The notes under the pieces: generated by a model
What the model was told of the DNA's origin: nothing
Seen by the model: only the letters and a program-made list of their open reading frames with translations
The model's database searches: none
Assembly (NCBI RefSeq): GCF_039654945.1
Contig: NW_027361688.1
Coordinates: 1,612,001 to 1,676,000 of the forward strand
Origin: Dendrobates tinctorius
Lineage: Eukaryota
Length of the DNA: 64,000 nucleotides
Direction: 5' to 3'
Part shown: positions 1 through 14,186 of the stretch, one piece after another
Numbering within the stretch: position 1 is the stretch's first letter
Layout of the letters: the number at the start of each line of letters is the position of its first letter
Program-made: the position numbers and the translations under genes

Positions 1-247
1 ACAGGGATGCATCAACGCAGAAGATGAGGACACTAATAGGTTAATCAAATATTTCTTGGATAAATTAAGAGTAAGTGGTGCTGATACCTACTAGTGGCCC
101 TACCACCTGCAGTGCGTCACAGTCATTATCTGTCCCGTTCCCGCCATCTCTGGCACTCTGTAGGTAATAGGAGCCGTAATATCGGCCTATGATACCACGC
201 CGTTAGGCCCTAATCGCTTATTGATTAGTCACTTTCCACAACTGTTA

Positions 248-534
248 GGCTATGTGCACACACTGCAGAATCACCTGCGGGTTTTTCCCCGCGGAACCGC
301 AGGTAAAGTGACCTGCGGTTTCACACCTCTACTATGTTAAAGGTGTGAAACCACAGCGGAATCCGCAGAAACAATTGACATGCTGCGGTTTATAAACCGC
401 AGCAAAACCACGCTGAAAAAAACGCAACGTGAGCACTGCGGTTTTGAAAACCCATAGGGTTACATGGTACTGTACCATGTCTGCGGAACTGCTGCGGTTC
501 CGCAGGGCCAAAACCGCAGCGTGTGCACATAGCC
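248..534. mobile_element. PIF/Harbinger-type MITE
   Basis: TIRs GGCTATGTGCACAC / GTGTGCACATAGCC, flanked by TTA on both sides (245-247, 535-537). Confidence 0.85.
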
Positions 535-1536
535 TTACGCTGTCCAACTTCTCCCTTGAAGCATGGCCCCGGTCTCCCGTGTATCGAACGTGTACTTTGG
601 AAATCAGAGCTCACAGGATCGTCCCCTCGTCACTGGCCTGGTCACCTCTGCTCCCTCGGATTACTTAGCTCATCTCCGGTTCTGGCTACCCAGCTCTGGT
701 AACTCATCCCCCCCAAAACCCCTTCCCCCTGTTTCTGGTTACTTGTCTCTTCGCTATATATGGTGGCCATAAACCAAACTTACGCTTCTCTAGCTTTTTT
801 ATTCCTGCTTTTAATTGATTCTTTAATAAAAATTGTTGCTTTTCTCCTGATTGTGGTTTGTGGGATCTCTTCATTGTCCTGTAAGGACTCATATGGGACT
901 AGTTTTGTACTTGATGTTAGACGTGCTCCGTTGATATTTGAACATTTATTGACTTACCGTAGGTATAAATTTTTGCAAAAAAAAGTTTAAAGTGAATAAC
1001 TTGAATAATAAACTCTGTTTTTTTTCTATGTTCTCTGGTTTGCTTGTGTTCCCATCATGACTAGTGAATAGGAAAGATTGTGGGTGGGAGGACAAGAAGA
1101 CGCAGGTGACGAGAAGTGCCTGAGCTCCATTGGCTCAGCTGCCTTTATAGACGCCTTCCTCAATGTAGCGGTCGTATAGTCCTATACTACATTCCACATT
1201 CACACAAGCTGCAACAAGAATTCCTAGGAACACTTGTTTCCCAATTATCAACTTTTTTTTTTGAAGAGGCCACCAATCATCCAACGAACAAGGAAAATCT
1301 ATTATCAGGCAAAATGATTTTTTAACCCCTTTCCAACCTTGACATATAGTTACACCTAAGGTCACCTCCCCCTATTTGCTGCGGGCTGAGCACACAACTT
1401 TTCCGGCACATGTCATCTGATTTCCCCTAATAGTCGCGAATGGAATCCCGATCCACCTTTGGCTGCTAACATGTTAAATGCCACTGTCAATCTCTGACAT
1501 CGTCATTTAACATGCTCGCGCCGGAAGCGCATCGCA

Positions 1537-1780
1537 TATTATTATATATTTATATAGCGCCAATTATTCTATGGCGCTTTACATGTGAAAAGGGGAAATA
1601 TAGACAAGAATAATAAACATGTGTAAGACAAGGGACACACAAGTACATAAGGAGAGGAGACCCTGCCCGCGAGGGCTCACAGTCTACAGGGAGGGTGAGG
1701 ATAGAGTAGGAGAGGGTAGAGCTGGTTGTGTGGTGGTTCAGTAGACCGAGGATCATTGCAGGCTGTAGGCTTGCCGGAAC
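1537..1780 (-). mobile_element. L2-type LINE 3' end fragment
   Basis: Reverse complement of the tail at 7640-7872 (TGTAAAGCGCCA...GGCGCTATATAAAT, then A/T-rich tail); duplicated at about 17203-17446. Confidence 0.6.
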
Positions 1781-2229
1781 AGGTCACTAATACCACCTAT
1801 CGACAAATGTGTCACATGACCTTGTGTTGGTATGACAAGCCGGGATCTGCAGGAAACAACTGTGGATGTCATTTCCGGACAGCTATGAGTACCACCCAGC
1901 GGTCGGCGATCACAGCAAGTGAGCATTTCTGCTACTCAGCGCAGGGCTTCAGCCGTGCTCTGTGCAGCTCAGGCAATCAGATGATTGCAGCTTCTAGTGT
2001 CCCATGGAGACTGTGAAACCAAGTGTTAATTAAAAAAAAAAAAAAAAATAGCCTGTTTGTTGGGCTCTGTATGCATGTGTTGTGACAGTGAAACAGCCGC
2101 GACACATGCAGCTGCGGCGGCGACCAGCTGATTATCGGGAGCGCTCCAGGTGACCGAAGCAGCTATTTGGGATCATCACGTATCCAAAGCTAGCCGATCA
2201 ACCCTATTATTGACTCATTTAATAAAAGC

Positions 2230-2960
2230 GGGGGTGTTCTAATTAGTCCCAGCGTGGAGTTCAATTAGTAATTTCATTTATGCTGTGAAGAAGCAAGTGC
2301 CAATAATGGCCCTCTATGAAAGAAAGGCAGCAAATGTTGGACCTGCTGATTTCAGCCCTTGGTCAGTGAGTCAAATGGGTCTTTCCAGACATTGTACAGA
2401 AGGAGAAAGAATTTCGATCAAGGAGTTGATTAGAGAGGGGAAAACATATAAAGAAAATAATTTGCTGCTCATTTTAGATTTCTAATGCTTTAAAATGGCA
2501 ATAAAAAAGAAACAAAGCACGTGGTAGGAAAAGAACGCCAACCATTCACATAGATTATGAAGAATGACAAAGAAGCTCCCTGTGATCAGGTCCAGGGAGA
2601 TCAGAGAAGATCTTCAGTCACCTGTGAGTCTTCCAACCACCAGAAGATGCCTACAGGAAGCCAAACTATGTGCAAGAAACCCTCATAAGGAACCATTGCT
2701 GATTAACACAAAGACAAGTTGAAAAGGTTATAGTTTGCCAAAGAACACATTGACCGGCGGCCTAAGGAGAAGTGGTGCAACCTTCTACACACAGATGAGA
2801 GCAAGATTGCTTTGTACTGGGTCTAAAAGCCGCAGACAGTTTGTGAGACGACACCAACACTGAGTTTCAGCAGGACAACAACCTCAAACAGGGCAGATCA
2901 ACAATGTTGTGAAGAGGCCACGTAATCATCAGACCTCAGTCAGACTGAGAATTTGTGGCC
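2230..2960 (+). mobile_element. Decayed Tc1-like transposon relic
   Basis: Broken transposase motifs TDESKI (about 2791) and FQQDN (about 2866) with many frameshifts; duplicated at about 17890-18625. Confidence 0.65.
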
Positions 2961-3689
2961 TGGTCTCCTGGAGACCTCTACGGTTGTCACTGCCAGCTTG
3001 CTGTGAGCGCCCCCCAGTGGTCGGCGCTCATAACAAGTGAGCAATTCCACTACATAGAGGCGATCTGATCATCGCCTGTATGTATCAGAGCCGATCGGGC
3101 TATGGCAGATTCTAGTCTCCCATGGAGACTATTGTGGCTCTGAGAATAAGGTGAGTGAAAAATGAAAATGAAAAAAACTCTGGGGGTTAAGGTTGGGGGA
3201 TGCAGGGAGAAAATTCCATGTACATGGTTAATTCAGGAAGCAAGGTGGAAGACAACATGGTTTCCTTCACATTCCCGTTCATCTAGTGCTGTATACACAG
3301 ATTGTGCTGTTGATGCCTCTATGCTTTCCACCCCCATATTGTACTGTATATCCTCATTCTGTTCTGCCACAAACATTGCAGTAAACGGACACATAATAGG
3401 TAGAATAATAATAGCAAATACCTCAAATTAGAAATCTAGTATAGTTTTTCAGATTTGTTGTCTTTTTCCTCATGTGCAATCGTTGCAGGACCTTAGTTAT
3501 CCATGTTACATAGTTGCTAGTGTTGGTAATCATGGATATCTAACGTCCTGCAATAACTGCACACAAGGAAGGAGAAATAGCAAATCAGAAGAACTATACT
3601 AATTTCTAATTGGAGGCATTTACTAATGTAGGGTCTTGGAGATGGAACTACCCCTGTAATCACAGCTCCCAGCCTGACAAGATCAGATC

Positions 3690-3860
3690 CACCGCCGCCA
3701 TCCTGACACCACATGTTACAGAGAACAAACAGCAGAAGAAACCATCAGCCCATGTGCACAGCCAATCAGCACTCAGTAGGGCTATGGCTCCGCCCACAGG
3801 CAGCACCAGATTACTCCCCCCCAGGCCCTCAGTGTTAACCCATTAGTGCCTGCAATGTAT
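3690..3860 (-). promoter_or_regulatory. Recurrent CCAAT + GC-box promoter-like module (copy next to the H4 3' end)
   Basis: CAGCCAATCAGCACTC...GCTCCGCCCAC...GTTAACCC; paralogous copies at about 10760-10920, 19475-19640, 23440-23640 and 30260-30380. Confidence 0.55.
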
Positions 3861-3966
3861 CCAGCTGCAGCAGCACAGGCTGCAATCATCCCAGCACAGG
3901 ACTATCAGCAGCCCCTTCCCCCTCTCCCTCCCCAGGAGCTGTAGCTTCTCCTCAGAAGATGTGGGT

Positions 3967-3982
3967 GGCTCTTAAAAGAGCC
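3967..3982 (-). terminator. Histone 3' stem-loop of H4 copy 1 (HDE-like purine tract at about 3938-3952)
   Basis: Minus strand CCCAAA-GGCTCTTTTAAGAGCC-ACCCA matches the SLBP stem-loop consensus. Confidence 0.95.
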
Positions 3983-4014
3983 TTTGGGTTGTCAGGATAG
4001 AAAAGAGAATACAA

Positions 4015-4525
<511 letters not shown>

Positions 4526-5461
4526 CATTTTTTTCTCCCCTTCTACTGGGATGACACTAAAAATAGTCAGGAACCTGATTCCTCTCCCCGGTGACATCCT
4601 GCTCGGAGTAATTACAATGTGAGAGCCGGACCTGCAGATCAATCATTGACAATTATAGTGCAAGATTCTATACATAGAACAAAAGTCAAAATAAGCAACT
4701 CAAAATACCAAGGCCTCGCTCCCAGAATAGATGCATAAATGCAGAATTTGCATAAATTGATGGAATGCTCCCATAGATATAAAACACAAAGAAAAAGATG
4801 GATTACATAAACCACCAAGAGGATAATAAAATCCAAACATTTGATTTAATCAAAATTACCTGCACATAATATGAGCCATATACAGGATAGTGGAACCAAA
4901 GAGAGGACTAGGATGCGGAGACAGGCTGGGGCAGCGGAGGAGAGAACAGGGGACAAAAAAAATGAAACCAGGGGTAGATCAGAACTCATATGAGGAAATT
5001 ATATGGAAATAAATAGAATAAAGGGAACAGAAAAAAATCATACCCTTAATGGGACCAGCAGGACGACACATGGACATTGCCAGCTACAGTGGGCGAGGAG
5101 TAATGGTGGGGGGCATAGGAGTTTGGTGGTTCATGCATTTGGTACCTTTGATTTATCACTTTTTTCTCTACGCTTCATTTCCCCATTTAAAACAGTAGCA
5201 CACAAACAGCCCCAGCTCTGATGTAGACGTATCTATCAGTATGTGGGGGCGATATTACTATATGTTGTTTGGTTACATCAGTATATGAAGAGCAGTATAT
5301 GGACGGTAAACATCATTGTCTTATACAGAGCTATATAGCAGTTCTGCATCTCCCTGCAGCTCACCTTGCCCCATCTCTCTCCCCTGTCCTCAATATCAGA
5401 GACCCAATCTCTGCCTCCTATCAACACAGTGTTATTCAGCTCTGATGTAGACGGGGTGGGT

Positions 5462-5477
5462 GGCTCTTAGAAGAGCC
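5462..5477 (-). terminator. Histone 3' stem-loop of H2B copy 1
   Basis: CCCAAA-GGCTCTTCTAAGAGCC-ACCCA, with HDE-like CAGAGCTG downstream. Confidence 0.95.
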
Positions 5478-5508
5478 TTTGGGTTGTGGGTGCAGAGCAC
5501 AGAGCAGA

Positions 5509-6612
<1,104 letters not shown>

Positions 6613-6651
6613 GCGCTGCCACCGACCCCCGTATCATCAACACAACCCAAA

Positions 6652-6667
6652 GGCTCTTCTAAGAGCC
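6652..6667 (+). terminator. Histone 3' stem-loop of H2A copy 1
   Basis: CCCAAA-GGCTCTTCTAAGAGCC-ACCCA; HDE-like AGGAGCTG at about 6685. Confidence 0.95.
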
Positions 6668-6938
6668 ACCCACACCGTCACCACAGGAGCTGACGCCGCT
6701 GATTGTGATGTTCTGGTCTGTGTGTACTGATGTTATACAGAATCTCAGCCATAGAACAGAGTATACAGGAGCCGTAGCTGCACCTGGCAGTGGGTATAAT
6801 CCTGTCACTATTGGGCTGGTACATTGGGACTGATGATGGTTAATCTGCAGTGACTAGCACTTAGTGGTCCGCTATCGGGTTTTACACCCTCCTCTCCCCT
6901 ATCCTCCATGTCCTGTAGTTGGAGGTGTGATCAGTGGT

Positions 6939-6954
6939 GACTCTGAAAAGAGCC
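6939..6954 (-). terminator. Orphan histone stem-loop with no CDS upstream
   Basis: Minus strand CACAAA-GGCTCTTTTCAGAGTC-ACCAC; differs from consensus by one C>T (giving a G-U pair). Confidence 0.7.
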
Positions 6955-7574
6955 TTTGTGGAAGGACAGGGCACATCCAGTGTGTGCAGAGTATGGGGGG
7001 CAGTGTCCACATTAGGGGTCACAGGAAACAAAACCTAATAAGGTAAAATGTCATATAACCCCACCATCTCATTGCTATGTTTCATGTACTCCCTTATAGT
7101 GCTGTGTTCCCCAGTATAGTGCTATATACGAACATATAGTTCGGTATACATCGGCATAGTGCTTTATCCCCTCCATATTGTGCCATGTAATAATCTTTAT
7201 ATAGCACCAACATATTCCGCAGCGCTTTAAAAATTCAACAGTTCATATACAACAGTCATAAGTAACAACATTAAAGATAATACAAGAATTAAAGCAAAAT
7301 GATGAAGCCGCTGCTGGTGAGAGATAACAATCCACAATGAGGTGGGGGAGACAGTACAAGAGTGTGTATACAGCGATGTAATTACAATGATGGTCCAGCC
7401 ATCTTGAGGGAATGCAGATGGATAAGGCTGCATGAGCGGTGGAGTTTAATGGACCATTATGATCAGAGAAGTAAAGAATGGGCTATATCTTTATATATAA
7501 TATATATGAACCTTGATTAGGGATGTGATAGGCTGCTCTAAATAGATGTATTTTGAGGGATTGCCTAAACTGCA

Positions 7575-7872
7575 ACTCATCAGACTCTCACCATCAACAG
7601 AAACCTTCAAGAAGAACCTGAAGACCCACCTGTCCGACAAGCCTACAGCCTGCAATGATCCTCAGTCCACTGAACCACCGCCCGACCTGCTCTACCCTCT
7701 CCTACTCTATCCTCACCCATCCCTGTAGACTGTGAGCCCTCGCGGGCAGGGTCCCCTCTCCTTATGTACTTGTGTGTCCCTTGTCTTACACATGTTTATT
7801 ATTCTTGTCTATATTTTCCCTTTTCACATGTAAAGCGCCATGGAATAAATGGCGCTATATAAATGCATAATA
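7575..7872 (+). mobile_element. L2-type LINE 3' end fragment
   Basis: Translates as IRLSPSTETFKKNLKTHL (L2-like ORF2 C-terminus), followed by the TGTAAAGCGCCATGGAATAAATGGCGCTATATAAAT tail; an oppositely oriented relative lies at about 7194-7435. Confidence 0.65.
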
Positions 7873-8245
7873 AACTGTATCAGTTATAGTTATTACTATT
7901 TTTGGGGGAAGAGCATTCCAGAAAATTGGTGCAATTCATGAAGTTGGAAGTGGGAGGTATGGATTAGTGCGGATATTAGTTGAAAGTCTCTTGCGGAGTG
8001 TAATGTGCGGGAAGGTCGATATACAGTAATGAGGGGGCTGCACTGTGTACATCGGTATAGTGCAGGAATCTCTTCATATAGAGCTATATACTGATGTGTA
8101 TACCAAGATAGTGCTGTTTTGTCCACCCATAGTACCAAACACCCCTATCTAGTGCTGTATATGTCCTTACAATGAAGTTATATTGTGCTATATATCCCTA
8201 TAGTGTTACATATCACTATAGTACAGTATTCCTCCATATCACTTC

Positions 8246-10552
8246 CCATGTGGTGCTGTATATCTATCGCCATATAGTGTCACCCTCCATGTGGTGCCGT
8301 ATATCTCCATATAGTGTCACCCCCCATGTGGTGCCGTATATCGCCATATAGTGTCACCCCCATGTGGTGCTGTATATCGCCATATAGTGTCACCCCCCAT
8401 GTGGTGCTGTATATCGCCATATAGTGTCACCCTCCATGTGGTGCTGTATATCTCCATATAGTGTCACCCCCCATGTAGTGCTGTATATCGCCATATAGTG
8501 TCACCCTCCATGTAGTGCTGTATATCGCCATATAGTGTCACCCTCCATGTAGTGCTGTATATCGCCATATAGTGTCACCCTCCATGTGGTGCTGTATATC
8601 GCCATATAGTGTCACCCCCCACGTGGTGCTGTATATCACCATATAGTGTCACCCTCCATGTGGTGCTGTATATCGCCATATAGTGTCACCCCCCATGTGG
8701 TGCCCTATATCGCCATATAGTGTCACCCCCCCCATGTGGTGCTGTATATCGCCATATAGTGTCACCCCCCATGTGGTGCTGTATATCGCCATATAGTGTC
8801 ACCCCCCCATGTGGTGCTGTATATCGCCATATAGTGTCACCCCCCATGTGGTGCTGTATATCGCCATATAGTGTCACCCCCCCATGTGGTGCTGTATATC
8901 GCCATATAGTGTCACCCTCCACGTGGTGCCGTATATCGCCATATAGTGTCACCCCCCACGTGGTGCCGTATATCGCCATATAGTGTCACCCTCCAGGTGG
9001 TGCCGTATATCGCCATATAGTGTCACCCCCATGTGGTGCCGTATATCACCATATACTGTCACCCCCCATGTGGTGCTGTATATCGCCATATAGTGTCACC
9101 CCCCATGTGGTGCTGTATATCTCCATATAGTGTCACCCCCCATGTGGTGCTGTATGTCGCCATATAGTGTCACCCTCCATGTGGTGCTGTATATCACCAT
9201 ATAGTGTCACCCTCCATGTGGTGCTGTATATCGCCATATAGTGTCACCCCCCCATGTGGTGCTGTATATCGCCACATAGTGTCACCCCCCATGTGGTGCT
9301 GTATATCGCCATATAGTGTCACCCCCCATGTGGTGCTGTATATCTCCATATAGTGTCACCCCCCATGTGGTGCTGTATATCGCCATATAGTGTCACCCCC
9401 CATGTGGTGCTGTATATCGCCATATAGTGTCACCCTCCATGTGGTGCTGTATATCTCCATATAGTGTCACCCCCCATGTGGTGCTGTATATCGCCATATA
9501 GTGTCACCCCCCATGTGGTGCTGTATATCACCATATACTGTCACCCCCCATGTGGTGCTGTATATCACCATATACTGTCACCCCCCATGTGGTGCTGTAT
9601 ATCGCCATATAGTGTCACCCCCCATGTGGTGCTGTATATCTCCATATAGTGTCACCCCCCATGTGGTGCTGTATGTCGCCATATAGTGTCACCCTCCATG
9701 TGGTGCTGTATATCACCATATAGTGTCACCCTCCATGTGGTGCTGTATATCGCCATATAGTGTCACCCCCCCATGTGGTGCTGTATATCTCCATATAGTG
9801 TCACCCCCCATGTGGTGCTGTATATCGCCATATAGTGTCACCCCCCATGTGCTGCTGTATATCTCCATATAGTGTCACCCCCCCATGTGGTGCTGTATAT
9901 CGCCATATAGTGTCACCCCCCATGTGGGGCTGTATATCGCCATATAGTGTCACCCTGCATGTGGTGCTGTATATCGCCATATAGTGTCACCCTCCCATGT
10001 AGTGCTGTATATCGCCATATAGTGTCACCCCCATGTGGTGCTGTATATCGCCATATAGTGTCACCCCCCATGTGGTGCTGTATATCGCCATATAGTGTCA
10101 CCCCCCCATGTGGTGCGGTATATCGCCATATAGTGTCACCCCCCATGTGGTGCTGTATATCGCCATATAGTGTCACCGCCCATGTGGTGCTGTATATCGC
10201 CATATAGTGTCACCGCCCATGTGGTGCTGTATATCGCCATATAGTGTCACCGCCCATGTGGTGCTGTATATCGCCATATAGTGTCACCCCCCATGTGGTG
10301 CCGTATATCGCCATATAGTGTCACCCCCCATGTGGTGCTGTATATCGCCATATAGTGTCACCTCCCATGTGGTGCTGTATATCGCCATATAGTGTCACCC
10401 CCCATGTGGTGCTGTATATCTCCATATAGTGTCACCCCCCATGTGGTGCTGTATATCGCCATATAGTGTCACCCCCCATGTGGTGCTGTATATCGCCATA
10501 TAGTGTCACCCCCCCATGTGGTGCTGTATATCGCCATATAGTGTCACCCTCC
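8246..10552. repeat. Minisatellite, about 37-bp unit, about 60 copies
   Basis: Unit GTCACCCCCCATGTGGTGCTGTATATCGCCATATAGT with a variable C-run. Confidence 0.97.
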
Positions 10553-12634
10553 ATCCATAGTGCTGGATACAGGATATCACGCCTTATACACTGAATATCG
10601 GGCTGTATTCCTGGTTATGATGCGGTCTGTGCCCAAATACTACAATACTCCCTCCATATAGTGCTGTATACGGCCACATAGCGCTATATGATGTTTCCCT
10701 CCACACAGCGCTGAGCACCACTGTGGAGAACAAGGAGAGCGGAGGAACTATCAGCCGTTGGGCGGGAATTTCATATTCAGTGCTCAGCCAATCAGCACTC
10801 AGTAGGGCTATGGCTCCGCCCACAGGGTCACTTCCTGGAAGACACTCAGTGTTAACCCTTCAGTGGCCGATGTTTCCGACTCCCATAGAGCAGAGCAGAC
10901 TGCAGCCATCGGGCACAGCGCGGTCACCAGCCCCTCCCCCAGCAGCAGAAGCAAATCACTGATCATCATTGGGAATGTCTGAGGAGCAAAGGGTTATATC
11001 TTGTTGTTTACCATGATATAGCGTTATATACCTTCATATAGTGCTATATATCCCCCATATCCTGCTGTGTACCATCATACACCGTTTTATCTATTTTATA
11101 TATAAGGTGTAGAAAAGCCGGAGGCTTGGATGGAATCCTACCAGAAATGCTGAGGTACAACCCACCAGAAATACAGGCTGCAATGGTTAAACTGTTCAAT
11201 ATTGTGCTAAGTGCCGGCTACTTCCCTTGTACGTGGAACCAAGGACTCATCACACCCATCCACAAGAATGGGGACAGGTATGACCCAGCCAACTACAGAG
11301 GAATATGTGTCAGCAGCAACCTGGGAAAACTGTTCAACAGCATCCTGAACAAGAGGATCCTCAGTTTCCTCACTGAGCACAACGTCCCCAGCAAGAGCCA
11401 AGCAGGGTTCATGCCAAACCACCGCACTACTGAACACATCTACACCCTGCACAGCCTCATTCAGAGACACGTCCACAATACAAAGAACGGGAAGATATAA
11501 GCCTGTTTCGTGGACTTTAAAAAGGCCTTTGATTCGGTGTGGCACCCAGACTTATTCCTGAAATTACTGGAGAGCGGAATAGGAGGAAAGACCTACGATG
11601 TTATGAAAAGCTCCTACACCGAGAACCTCTGCAGTGTGAGTGTGAGCGGCAGAAGAACGGCCTATTTCCAGCAGAGCCGGGGAGTCAGACAAGGCTGCAG
11701 CCCAAGCCCAACGCTCTTCAACATTTACAACAACGAGCTGGCTACCGCTCTGGAATCTTCCACAGCACCAGGTCTCACCCTCCATGACGAGCAGGTGAAA
11801 TTCCTGCTGTATGCAGATGACCTGCTGCTTCTGGCCCCAACCGAGAAAGGCCTCCAAGACAACCTGAAAATCTTAGAGAAATTCAGCTCCACCTGGGCTC
11901 TACCGGTCAACCTAAAGAAAACCAACATCATGGTGTTCCAGAAGAGAAAGAGAAAATCAGACCAGCACCCTTCATTTATCCTCAACAACTGCGCCCTTAC
12001 AGGAACGGACAAATATACCTACCTGGGCCTAGAGATTCACTGGTCAGGGAGTTCAAACAAGCCATAGAGACCCTGAAAGATAAGGCCTGCAAAACCTATG
12101 CCATCCGAAAGAAACTCTACCATCTGAAGCCACCAGTGAGGGTCTTGTTAAAAATCTTCGACTCTATCATCGCCCCAATCCTCCTGTATGGCAGCGAAGT
12201 CTGGGGTCCTCACACCTACCCAGACTGGTCAAGGTGGGATTCCAGCCCAACAGAAATATTCCACCTGGAATTCTGCAAGCACCTTCTCAAAGTCCATCGG
12301 AGCACCTCCAACAGCGCTTGCCGGGCCGAGCTGGGCAGATTCCCTCTACACCTAACGGTCCTAAAGAGGGCACTGTCATTCCGGGCTCACCTACAAAGGA
12401 GCAATCCAAGCTCCCATCACCATAAAGCCCTGACACATGTAGGTGAAACAGAAAAACCAGGACCCTTGGAACAGCCCACCCAAACCCAACCTGACCAGAA
12501 CACCAATCACAACAACCTGACAAAAGCCGGAATCAGGAAGATGGTAGACGAAGGCCAGGAGAAGTACGTAAGTGACTGGAAGAGCGACATCATCAGCTCA
12601 CAGAAACCATGTACCGGAGTCTACAGAGAGACTA

Positions 12635-14186
12635 CAGTCATGGCCAAAAGTTTAGAGAATGACACAAATATTATATTTTCACATGATCTGCTGCCCTCTG
12701 GTTTTTATGTGTGTTTGTCAGATGTTGTTATCACATACAGAAATATAATTGCAATCATATTTTGAGTAACAAAAGGTTATATTGACAGAATGAGTTAATA
12801 CAGCAAGTCAATATTTGCAGTGTTGACCCTTCTTCTTCAGGACCTCAGCAATTCTCCCTGGCATGCTCTCAATTAACTTCTGGATCAAATCCTGACTGAT
12901 AGCAGTCCATTCTTGCAAAATCAATGCTTTTATTTTGTCTGAATTTGAAGGTTTTTGTTTGTCCACCCGTCTCTTGATGATTGACCACAAGTTCTCAATG
13001 GGATTAAGATCTGGGGAGTTTCCAGGCCATGGTCCCAAAATCTCTATGTTTTGTTCCCTGAGCCATTTAGTTATCACCTTTGCTTTATGGCAAGGTGCTC
13101 CATCATGTTGAAAAAGGCATTGATGATCGCCAAACTGCTCTTGGACGGTTGGGAGAAGTTGCTCTTGGAGGACATTCTGGTACCATTCTTTATTCATGGC
13201 TGTGTTTTTAGGCAAGACTGAGAGAGAGCCCATTCCCTTGGCTGAGAAGCAACCCCACACATGAATGGTTTCAGGATGCTTGACAGTTGGCATGAGACAA
13301 GACTGGTGGTAGCGCTCACCTGGTCTTCTCCGAATAAGCCATTTTCCAGATGTCCCAAACAATCGAAAAGGGGATTCATCAGAGAAAATGACTTTACCGC
13401 AGTCCACTCCCTGTACCTCTTGCAGAATATCAGTCTGTCCATGATGTTTTTTTCTGGAGAGAAGTGGCTTCTTTGCTGCCCTCCTTGAGACCAGGCCTTG
13501 CTCCAAGAGTCTCCGCCTCACAGTGCGTGCAGATGCACTCACACCTGCCTGCTGCCATTCCTGAGCAAGCTCTGCACTGCTGGTAGCCCGATCCCGCAGC
13601 TGAAACACTTTTAAGAGACGGTCCTGGCGCTTGCTGGTCTTTCTTGGGCGCCCTGGAGCCATTTTGGCAACAAGGGAACCTCTCTCCTTGAAGTTCTTGA
13701 TGATGCGATAGATTGTTGACTGAGGTGCAATCTTTCTAGCTGCGATCCTCTTCCCTGTTAGGCCATTTTTGTGCAGTGCAATGATGACTGCACGTGTTTC
13801 TTTAGAGATAACCATGGTTAACAGAAGAGAAACAATGATGCCAAGCACCAGCCTCCTTTTAAAGTGTCCAGTGGTGTCATTCTTACTTAATCATGACAGA
13901 TTGCTCCATTAACACAGGTGTGGGTGTTGATGAGGACAGGGCTGGAGATCAATCACTGAAACGATGTTAGCTGGTCCTTTTAAGGCAGGGCTGCAATGAT
14001 GTTGAAATGTGTTTTGGGGGATAGAGTTAATTTTCTAGGCAAATATTGACTTTGCAAGTAATTGCTGTTAAGCTGATCACTCTTTATAACATTCTGGAGT
14101 ATATGCAAATTGCCATTAGAAAAAATGAAGCAGTAGACTTTGTAAGAATTAATATGTGTCATTCTCTAAACTTTTGGCCATGACTG
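12635..14186 (-). mobile_element. Full-length Tc1/mariner DNA transposon (1552 bp, DD35E type)
   Basis: Perfect 32-bp TIRs CAGTCATGGCCAAAAGTTTAGAGAATGACACA; TA TSD at 12633-34 and 14187-88; the LINE reading resumes across it (QRDY|RLAPYLE). Confidence 0.97.
12808..13815 (-). CDS. Tc1-family transposase, DD35E (open ORF with an internally frameshifted segment)
   Basis: MVISKETRAVII...PGRPRK...FSDES...QHDGAPCH...SPDLNPIENLW; 35 residues between the second D and the E. Confidence 0.9.
   Translation of the reverse strand: MVISKETRAVIIALHKNGLTGKRIAARKIAPQSTIYRIIKNFKERGSLVAKMAPGRPRKTSKRQDRLLKVFQLRDRATSSAELAQEWQQAGVSASARTVRRRLLEQGLVSRRAAKKPLLSRKKHHGQTDILQEVQGVDCGKVIFSDESPFRLFGTSGKWLIRRRPGERYHQSCLMPTVKHPETIHVWGCFSAKGMGSLSVLPKNTAMNKEWYQNVLQEQLLPTVQEQFGDHQCLFQHDGAPCHKAKVITKWLREQNIEILGPWPGNSPDLNPIENLWSIIKRRVDKQKPSNSDKIKALILQEWTAISQDLIQKLIESMPGRIAEVLKKKGQHCKY

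Noticed and set aside
8246-10552. CRISPR-like array and short repetitive ORFs
   Set aside because: Head-to-tail tandem units with no unique spacers and no cas genes in a eukaryotic context; the ORFs are translations of the minisatellite.
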